Shown here: piece by piece, positions 25,919-32,609 of the stretch
Layout of the letters: every line of letters begins with the position of its first letter
Position numbering within the stretch: position 1 is the first letter of the stretch
IMG/VR virus record: IMGVR_UViG_3300031569_000023
Coordinates: 1 to 32,609 of that record
DNA: 32,609 nt
Strand: one strand, 5' to 3'
Source: a virus
Lineage: Duplodnaviria; Caudoviricetes
Notes under the pieces: model-generated
Seen by the model: the letters and a program-made list of their open reading frames with translations, nothing else
What the model was told of the DNA's origin: nothing
Databases searched by the model: none
Position numbers and translations under genes: made by a program

Positions 25919-28024
25919 ATGGCATATACAATACAATATACTGATAGTGCTGATAAAGATCCGATAGTAGTTGAAGATCAAACAATTAATACTGTTACTA
26001 GCATAAAACTTCCGGGTAGAAACAGCACAGGTTATGGCGCTGCTATTGCCGAAGACTTACTACACTTACTAGAACATTTTGCAGGACCAACAGAGCCTTC
26101 CAATGCTAGTGAAGGACAACTTTGGTATAACAATACTACATCGCAGTTATTAATTTATGACGGCACTGTTTGGGTTTCAGCAAGTGGACTTAAAAAGAGT
26201 GCTACTGAACCTGAAGCTTCGTCTGCATTAATTGGCGACTTATGGGCCGACACTGATAATCAGCAATTGTATATGTTTACAGGTTCCACTTGGATCTTAG
26301 TTGGACCAAGTTTTAGTGCTGGGTTAACAACTGGAGCGCAACCTAATACTATTATAGGGCAAGACAACGTAGAATACACTGTTATCGAAATACAAGTAAG
26401 TGCAAACATTGTTGCAATAGTTGCATTTGATACATTTACTCCAAAGTCAACTATTAATGGCTTTAGTGGTATACAAATACGCCCAGGTATTAACTTAGCA
26501 AATAGAGACACAGATGCCGACGGAATTAACAATGTTAAGTTTTACGGTATTGCAGAAAAATCAGAAAGTCTAATTGTTAATAATTTAGCAATTCCTGCTG
26601 CTAATTTCTTAAGAGGCGACATAGAATCAACAACTACTTTTCCACTCAACATTCAAAACAATAGCGGCATTGCATACGGAATTAATGCAGAACTTAATGT
26701 TGGCATTGAAGGTAGTGCTGGAGTTATACAACACAACATTGAAGGGTCTAACATTGATGTACGTGTAAGAAACGCAGGAAATAGTAGAACTGTACTGAGA
26801 GTAGATAGTAATCTACGAGTTGGTATTAATAACGAAGCACCAGACGAAGCATTAGACGTAACTGGTAATTTTTTAACAAGCGGCACTATTACAACAAACG
26901 ATACTACACAGAGTACAACAATTAGTAATGGCGCAGCGGTTATTAAAGGCGGACTTGGTGTTGCTAAAACACTTAGAGTTGGCGAAGAAATAGTTGTACA
27001 AAAAGGACTAACGTTAGGTAATAACGATCTAATAGTTGATACAGCAGCAAGTGATTTGCTATTACCAGATCTTAATAATACTAGAAACATTGGTAGGAGT
27101 GATAACCGCTGGCGCAAAATTTATGCAACTACATTTATTGGTACACTAGAAGGTACAGTAAGCGGTAGTGTTACTGGCAGCGCCGGTAGTGCTGACAAAC
27201 TTACATCATCTTCTACGTTTAGATACCAAGGCGATGTAGAAACAGTAGAACAAGTATTTGACGGACAAACAGGCGGCGGAACAAAGACGTTTAACTTAAC
27301 ATTAAAGAACACACTTATTAGTGCTAAGCCGGCAGTGTCAAATAGTTTATCAAGTGATGAATTTATAGTTAATAGAACTAGCGGAGTTGATCAAGGCTTA
27401 AAGAAAATATCTAGAGCTACAATATTTAATAATATTGCAGGACTAACTCCAGTAGGTAGTATTATGCCATACGCTGGACTTATTGAACCAACTGGATGGA
27501 AATTCTGTAATGGACAAGAATTAAGTCAAGGTGTATATGCACAATTATTTGCATTAGTTGCACTTTCTTATAGCCCGTCACCTACTTCGGGAACCTTTGC
27601 TGTACCTGATTTAAGAGGTAGATTTGCATTAGGTAATTTAAATATGGGCGGATCTACTCCAAGTGTTGATAGTCCAGATACTAGAAACAGAGGTTCAAAT
27701 GCAGGTGTAATTGGTGCAGTTGATGGGACAGATGGTGTTACCATTGGTACAGATAATTTACCTGAACACGAGCATGATTTGAAGTCAACTACTGGGCAGC
27801 AGTTTTATGCTCATAGAGAAGTTGATGGCCGTGGAGAACTTCCAGAAGGAACGTCAGGGTCGAGCTTACAAACTGGCGCTGAAAACTTATCACAACGACT
27901 ACCTAACAGTGGCGGAGTTGTAATACCTGCAGGGTCTGCATATAGTACTGTTGGAGCAGAAATGAATATTATGAATCCATTCCAAACTATTAATTATATT
28001 ATCTATACAGGAGTAGTAGGATGA
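25919..28024 (+). CDS. Tail fibre / baseplate protein with a C-terminal phage tail-collar domain (gp10/gp12-like)
   Basis: 701 aa. PVGSIMPYAG..EPTGWKFCNGQELS...YAQLFALV...FAVPDLRGRF is the collar domain, followed by NLPEHEH (HxH metal site as in T4 gp12) and terminal MNPFQTINYII. Confidence 0.85.
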   Translation: MAYTIQYTDSADKDPIVVEDQTINTVTSIKLPGRNSTGYGAAIAEDLLHLLEHFAGPTEPSNASEGQLWYNNTTSQLLIYDGTVWVSASGLKKSATEPEASSALIGDLWADTDNQQLYMFTGSTWILVGPSFSAGLTTGAQPNTIIGQDNVEYTVIEIQVSANIVAIVAFDTFTPKSTINGFSGIQIRPGINLANRDTDADGINNVKFYGIAEKSESLIVNNLAIPAANFLRGDIESTTTFPLNIQNNSGIAYGINAELNVGIEGSAGVIQHNIEGSNIDVRVRNAGNSRTVLRVDSNLRVGINNEAPDEALDVTGNFLTSGTITTNDTTQSTTISNGAAVIKGGLGVAKTLRVGEEIVVQKGLTLGNNDLIVDTAASDLLLPDLNNTRNIGRSDNRWRKIYATTFIGTLEGTVSGSVTGSAGSADKLTSSSTFRYQGDVETVEQVFDGQTGGGTKTFNLTLKNTLISAKPAVSNSLSSDEFIVNRTSGVDQGLKKISRATIFNNIAGLTPVGSIMPYAGLIEPTGWKFCNGQELSQGVYAQLFALVALSYSPSPTSGTFAVPDLRGRFALGNLNMGGSTPSVDSPDTRNRGSNAGVIGAVDGTDGVTIGTDNLPEHEHDLKSTTGQQFYAHREVDGRGELPEGTSGSSLQTGAENLSQRLPNSGGVVIPAGSAYSTVGAEMNIMNPFQTINYIIYTGVVG

Positions 28025-29925
28025 GTTATAAAATAAACAAAACAAATGGTACCCTATTAGTAGAACTGACAGATGGTATAATTGATATAACTTCTACAGA
28101 TATAACTCTAGTTGGAAGAAATTATAAAGGGTTTGGTGAAGCATTTAACGAAAATTTTGTTAAAATTATTGAAAACTTTGCATCAACAAGCGCACCGAGC
28201 AATCCATTAACTGGACAGCTTTGGTTTGATACTAGTGAAAACAGATTAAAAATTTACGATGGTATTAGTTTTAAAACTTCAGGCTCACCAACAGTAAGTC
28301 CTACACAGCCTACTAACTTAGTAGCAGGCGATCTTTGGATTGACAATGCTGCAAACAAGTTATACTTTTATGACGGCACTGACATAGTACTTGTTGGCCC
28401 TGAATATACTGCAACCCAGGGCAAAACTGGACTTGAAGCAGTTACAATGGTTGACACTTCTAATCAAAGTAGAACTATACTAGCTATGTATGTAGGCGGA
28501 GTGCTTGCTGGAATCTACAGTAGATTTGCGTTTACTCCTGCTACAGATTATGTCATACTTCCATATGCATCTGGCAGAGAAATTAAAATAGGATTTAATC
28601 CAACTGTTGTATCAGACTTTAAATGGCAAGGTACTGCGGCATCAGCTGAAGCACTAACTGATGCAAGCGGTTCGTCATTTACAACTGCTGACTTTGTGAG
28701 AACTAATCAGCGAGATGCGTCAAACGCACTAGTAGATCAAGTTATGGATGCTGGATTGTTTGTTAAAGGAGACGGCGGGCTAACTGTTGGATACGGCGAT
28801 ACCGAATATGCTGCATTAAAAACAATAGATAACGGCACAACTACAGCAATAGAATTAAAACAATTAAATTACGACTTTGCTATTAGAGTACCGCAAGGAA
28901 ACGACTTTATAGAAGCATTTACACTTGATGCAAGTGCAGCAAGAATAGGCATATATCAACCTACACCAACAGTTGCATTAGATGTAACTGGTGATGGTAA
29001 ATTTACAGGCAATCTTACTGTTGGCGGCAACATAGTAATTCAGGGTACAACAACATCTATTGATGTACAGCAATTTAGAGTCCAAGATCCTAACATTGAA
29101 TTAGGCTTATTGGATGATAGTACTGAAGGTGATGATACTAATGCAAATGGCGGCGGAATAACACTTCGCTCAACTAACGGCAGTAAAGACATATCATGGG
29201 TACAGTCGACAGGCAACTGGACATTTAATCAGAATGTAGATTTAATACAGGGCAAAGAATTTAGAATTGAAAATGCACAAGTGCTTTCTAAAATAAAATT
29301 AGGTGATACTGTAGCAACAGCTAATGGATTAACGTCTATAGGTACACTTGGCGTACTAACTGTTACTGGTAATGCAGCAGTAGGTAGTATTAGTTCACCA
29401 ACTGCACTTAATATTACTTCTGCAGGCGATGTTACAATTAACAGTCAAAAAATTACAGGTGTTGCAGCACCAACAACAGCAACAGATGCTACTAATAAAG
29501 GATATGTTGACACAGAAATAGCTACTATTAGTATTCCGCTTATATTAGACATTACAGGATTTACTACTCCAACTGCTGCTGGAGTTGGATCAGGCCCAAT
29601 TACTGATGTTAAGGCTGTTTTAGAAAGTATAAGTCCAGCAAGTGCTGCAAGAGAAGGATCAGTTGCTAAAATTCACTGTACTAGTTATGCTAGTGCTACT
29701 GTAACAGGTATTAACGTAACAGTGACAACTGATAATACAGGCGTATTACAAAAGTCAGTCCTTGCTGTTGATAGCAACGGTACACAAAATGAATCAGTAA
29801 TACAAGATATTGCAGCAGCAAACACAGCATCAGGAACGGTGTCACTTTCACCAGCAAGATACACAATGACATTTACAGTTACGAGTTCAGTATGGGCTCA
29901 CAATACTACAGCTAGTTATCCGTAA
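28021..29925 (+). CDS. Tail fibre-like protein, paralogous N-terminal domain
   Basis: 634 aa with an ATGA overlap. It shares GRNYxGFGE..NENF..IIENFA....PSNPL.GQLWFDT with its neighbours and has fibre motifs RIGI....P..ALDVTG and KITGVAAPTTATDATNKGYVD. Confidence 0.75.
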   Translation: MSYKINKTNGTLLVELTDGIIDITSTDITLVGRNYKGFGEAFNENFVKIIENFASTSAPSNPLTGQLWFDTSENRLKIYDGISFKTSGSPTVSPTQPTNLVAGDLWIDNAANKLYFYDGTDIVLVGPEYTATQGKTGLEAVTMVDTSNQSRTILAMYVGGVLAGIYSRFAFTPATDYVILPYASGREIKIGFNPTVVSDFKWQGTAASAEALTDASGSSFTTADFVRTNQRDASNALVDQVMDAGLFVKGDGGLTVGYGDTEYAALKTIDNGTTTAIELKQLNYDFAIRVPQGNDFIEAFTLDASAARIGIYQPTPTVALDVTGDGKFTGNLTVGGNIVIQGTTTSIDVQQFRVQDPNIELGLLDDSTEGDDTNANGGGITLRSTNGSKDISWVQSTGNWTFNQNVDLIQGKEFRIENAQVLSKIKLGDTVATANGLTSIGTLGVLTVTGNAAVGSISSPTALNITSAGDVTINSQKITGVAAPTTATDATNKGYVDTEIATISIPLILDITGFTTPTAAGVGSGPITDVKAVLESISPASAAREGSVAKIHCTSYASATVTGINVTVTTDNTGVLQKSVLAVDSNGTQNESVIQDIAAANTASGTVSLSPARYTMTFTVTSSVWAHNTTASYP

Positions 29926-29928
29926 CTT

Positions 29929-29939
29929 GCGATAAATAC
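29929..29939 (+). promoter_or_regulatory. Late promoter before the third fibre gene
   Basis: GCGATAAATAC in the intergenic gap, followed by AAGGGG and the ATG at 29964. Confidence 0.75.
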
Positions 29940-29963
29940 TAGCAACAAGGGGTTATTTAAACT

Positions 29964-31475
29964 ATGGCGTATACAATTAACAAATATAACACTGATCAAT
30001 TAACTATTGTACAAGACGGTACGTTAGATCAGACAACTGATATTAAACTGGTAGGTAAGAACTATGCAGGGTATGGTGAAATACAAAACGAAAATTTTGT
30101 GTTCTTACTTGAAAACTTTGCAGGCGCTAACCAACCTCCAAGAGCAATCAAAGGACAAATTTGGTTTGACACAGCAAACAGCAAACTAAAATTTAATGAT
30201 GGCACAAAATGGCGCACAACAGGCGGCGCAGAAATTAGTGCTACTGCCCCTGCAGGATTAGCTACTGGTGATTTTTGGTGGGATACTACTAACGAACAGT
30301 TATATTCTTATAACGGCGCTGATTTTGTACTTATTGGCCCTCAAGATGCTGGTTCGGGCATTACACAGATGCAAAGTAAATCAGTACGTGATACAACACT
30401 AGTTTCGCGTAGTGTTATTACAGCTACAGTTAATGACGAAGTAGTGTTTATAATTAGCCCAATACAGTTTACAATTGATAGTGGAGATGCTGAAAATACA
30501 ATTTCAGGGTTTGACGTTATACAATCCGGCGTAACCCTTAAAAACACGCTAAGTGCAGCTAATGGTATTACTAGTGGATCACAACGATTCCATGGCACTG
30601 CAACTAACAGTGATAAACTTAACGGTATTTCAGCAGCTAACTATGTTACTGCTACTCCTGGTTCTCCTAGTGTATTCACAGAAATTACTAACTTCCAAAC
30701 TGATGCAGGTATTGCAATCGGCGCAGGATTAGACTTAAAATTATTCATCGAAAATGATAACCAAGGTGTTGTTTCGAACGCACAAGGTGACGAAATTCGT
30801 TATAGAGCAAAGCAAAGTGGCGGACTAGTTAAGAATATTGTAACAATGAAACCGGGTGTATTTAAGCCAGGCATGAACGCAGCTAATACAGCAGTTGAAA
30901 CAGTAACGCTAGGCGATGCTACTAATATTTTTAGCGCAGCATATGCTACTAATTTTTATGGAATTTCAGAAAAAGCAAGTGCTCTTTTAGTCGGCGGCAC
31001 TGCAAGAGTAGGCGCAGTTAATACGATTGGCACAGGTACTAGTAACACTATTGCAGTGCGTGACGGAGCTGGCAATTTAAATGCTGTACTATTCCAAGGT
31101 ACTGCAACAAGCGCACGTTATGCTGACCTTGCAGAAAAATATACAACATCAGAAGACTTGCCAGCAGGTACAGCAGTAGCAGTATGTGCGCTTCTAGACC
31201 ACGAAGTAGCACCAGCAGATGCAAGCAATCATTGTATTGGTGTCGTAAGTACTGATCCTGCTTATATGATGAACAGCGATAGCGAAGGCCAATACATTGG
31301 TCTTAAAGGGCGTCTTCCAGTAAGAGTATCAGGAGCTGTAAACAAAGGCCAAGCTGTGTATGCAATGAAAAACGGTGTGTGTACAACAATAGCAACAACT
31401 GCTTTAGTAGGAATTGCTCTAGAATCAAGTACTGATGATAACGAAAAACTAATAGAGTGTGTATTAAAAGTATAA
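29964..31475 (+). CDS. Tail fibre/spike with a C-terminal peptidase G2-like intramolecular chaperone (autocleavage) domain
   Basis: 503 aa with the shared N-terminal domain. The C-terminus ARYADLAEKY...GT.V...IGVVSTDPAYMMNS...IGLKGRLPVRVSGAVNKG...VGIALE matches the phi29/GA-1 appendage-type chaperone pattern. Confidence 0.8.
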   Translation: MAYTINKYNTDQLTIVQDGTLDQTTDIKLVGKNYAGYGEIQNENFVFLLENFAGANQPPRAIKGQIWFDTANSKLKFNDGTKWRTTGGAEISATAPAGLATGDFWWDTTNEQLYSYNGADFVLIGPQDAGSGITQMQSKSVRDTTLVSRSVITATVNDEVVFIISPIQFTIDSGDAENTISGFDVIQSGVTLKNTLSAANGITSGSQRFHGTATNSDKLNGISAANYVTATPGSPSVFTEITNFQTDAGIAIGAGLDLKLFIENDNQGVVSNAQGDEIRYRAKQSGGLVKNIVTMKPGVFKPGMNAANTAVETVTLGDATNIFSAAYATNFYGISEKASALLVGGTARVGAVNTIGTGTSNTIAVRDGAGNLNAVLFQGTATSARYADLAEKYTTSEDLPAGTAVAVCALLDHEVAPADASNHCIGVVSTDPAYMMNSDSEGQYIGLKGRLPVRVSGAVNKGQAVYAMKNGVCTTIATTALVGIALESSTDDNEKLIECVLKV

Positions 31476-31478
31476 ATA
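31471..31478 (+). promoter_or_regulatory. Late promoter, exact T4 consensus
   Basis: TATAAATA overlapping the TAA stop at 31473-31475, followed by GAGG and the ATG at 31508. Confidence 0.8.
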
Positions 31479-31507
31479 ATGTACATAGTTAATAAAGAGG
31501 ATACAGC

Positions 31508-32425
31508 ATGGCAGTTACAGTAGGTCAGACAATTGGCGAAGCAGAATATACGACCCTAAGAACTGGAATTAATCTTGTTATGGGATCTCCAACAGGTACT
31601 GGAACCGCTGCTGCTGGCTACAATCTAGCTACAGCAGCACCGGCTAGATCTCCAGGAGACACAGTGCAAGCAGCAGACTGGAATGCACTTAAAGCAGATA
31701 CTGATAAAGCGTATACGCACCAAGTAGGTAGTGCGTTAAGTCCTGCCCTAGCTACTGTTAATACTGATAGTTCAATTACAAAAGTAATACACGATGCACT
31801 TGAAACTGCAATTAACTTTGTTAAGACTGATGCACAGCGATTTAATCTAGCTGCTGGACAATCTACTACAACATCTGCACGTTCTATAGGTAAAACTAAC
31901 TGGAACGGAACACAAATACATGATGTTCAATTTACTTGGGCAAGTGCAAATGCAGCAAAAGCATTTTTTAATGCAGGCGGACGTCTAAGAATTGCTACTA
32001 CATTGTCCTATTCGGGATCAGAAGCAAAAACATTAGATTGGGGAACAATGGTAGCTGATACTTCTGTTATTGCTATTAATTATGTTAATGCATATAAAGA
32101 AACAGGAACCGGCGGTACTATTAGTGCTAACGATGGTTACTATGATATTAATGCCACTGAAAGAGAATTATATACACGCGGTGGCGCAAGTCCATACTCA
32201 GAAAACAGATACAGGATTCTAGCAAGGGCAATTACTAACGGTCTTCGAATTCGTGTGCTGTATGAAGATAATGATGTAGGCGATCAAACTGGCACAGGCG
32301 CAGCAGTTGACGAAAACGTAAAAGGTACATTAACTAGTGCTTTGACGTATGTACGTGCTACTGGAGTAAATGTAGCAGTTACAGCACCAACTATTTCAAC
32401 AGGCGACACAAATACATTCACTTAA
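31508..32425 (+). CDS. Putative virion structural protein of unknown function
   Basis: 305 aa, Thr/Ala/Gly-rich, behind a consensus late promoter. It has N-terminal repeats G..I.A..Y/W..L and a C-terminal domain with W.S...AKAFFNAGG.LRI. Confidence 0.65.
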   Translation: MAVTVGQTIGEAEYTTLRTGINLVMGSPTGTGTAAAGYNLATAAPARSPGDTVQAADWNALKADTDKAYTHQVGSALSPALATVNTDSSITKVIHDALETAINFVKTDAQRFNLAAGQSTTTSARSIGKTNWNGTQIHDVQFTWASANAAKAFFNAGGRLRIATTLSYSGSEAKTLDWGTMVADTSVIAINYVNAYKETGTGGTISANDGYYDINATERELYTRGGASPYSENRYRILARAITNGLRIRVLYEDNDVGDQTGTGAAVDENVKGTLTSALTYVRATGVNVAVTAPTISTGDTNTFT

Positions 32426-32428
32426 CAC

Positions 32429-32457
32429 TTGACTATTATGTCTTTTTAGTATATACT
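32429..32457 (+). promoter_or_regulatory. Sigma70-type (early/middle) promoter
   Basis: TTGACT (32429-32434), 17-nt spacer, TATACT (32452-32457). AGGAG at 32473-32477 precedes the ATG at 32483. Confidence 0.8.
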
Positions 32458-32482
32458 ATAACAGTATATACAAGGAGCCATA

Positions 32483-32609
32483 ATGGACGAACGACTAGAA
32501 AAAGCATTAGAGTTTTCTAATTTTTTAGAAACTCAAAACAATCAAAAAAGTATTTTCCTAAAACAATATTACGATAATTTAGTTCATTATGTAGATGGAC
32601 ATAAGATAT
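32483..32609 (+). CDS. Hypothetical protein, truncated by the window edge
   Basis: Not in the ORF track. MDERLEKALEFSNFLETQNNQKSIFLKQYYDNLVHYVDGHKI is open to the edge, with a strong ribosome-binding site and its own promoter. Confidence 0.8.
   Translation, partial: MDERLEKALEFSNFLETQNNQKSIFLKQYYDNLVHYVDGHKI

Noticed and set aside
927-31486. Numerous short minus-strand and alternate-frame ORFs nested in the structural genes
   Set aside because: Antisense shadows of long biased-codon genes, with no motifs and no promoter or ribosome-binding support that I could see.
868-32425. Bacterial contractile injection system, tailocin or type VI secretion locus
   Set aside because: The gp55-like sigma, T4-type late boxes, phage-style gene packing and absence of host, ATPase or effector genes favour a lytic phage.
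32426-32482. Intrinsic terminator at the end of the structural module
   Set aside because: The only hairpin is AT-rich and lacks a downstream U tract.
1-32609. tRNA, rRNA, CRISPR array, insertion sequence or structured ncRNA
   Set aside because: Intergenic gaps are at most about 104 bp and are accounted for by promoters and ribosome-binding sites; no repeat-spacer pattern or transposase was seen.

Overview
AT-rich segment of a large T4-like (contractile-tailed) bacteriophage genome covering a complete-looking baseplate and fibre module. At the left edge, on the minus strand and missing from the ORF track, is a truncated gp55-like late sigma factor gene preceded by a near-consensus sigma70 promoter (TTGACT-17-TATAAT). 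Diverging from it on the plus strand are 12 tightly packed late structural genes: tube-initiator-like protein, gp53/LysM-like wedge, gp27-like hub, gp5-like spike, gp25, an enlarged gp6, a 4951-aa mosaic wedge/adhesin protein, a 204-aa baseplate/collar protein, three fibre-like proteins sharing an N-terminal domain, and a 305-aa structural protein. T4-type late promoter boxes (core TAAATA) sit in front of several genes. A second sigma70 promoter and a truncated ORF close the window. The least expected features are a ~50-aa C-terminal peptide shared by the hub and spike, a late promoter abutting the -35 element of the late sigma gene's own promoter (possible feedback switch), and the giant protein's split beta-propeller and degenerate cupredoxin-like domain. 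I see no RNA genes, CRISPR arrays, mobile elements or defence system. All product calls come from motif recognition and gene order, not from database searches, and I cannot show that anything here is a new system.
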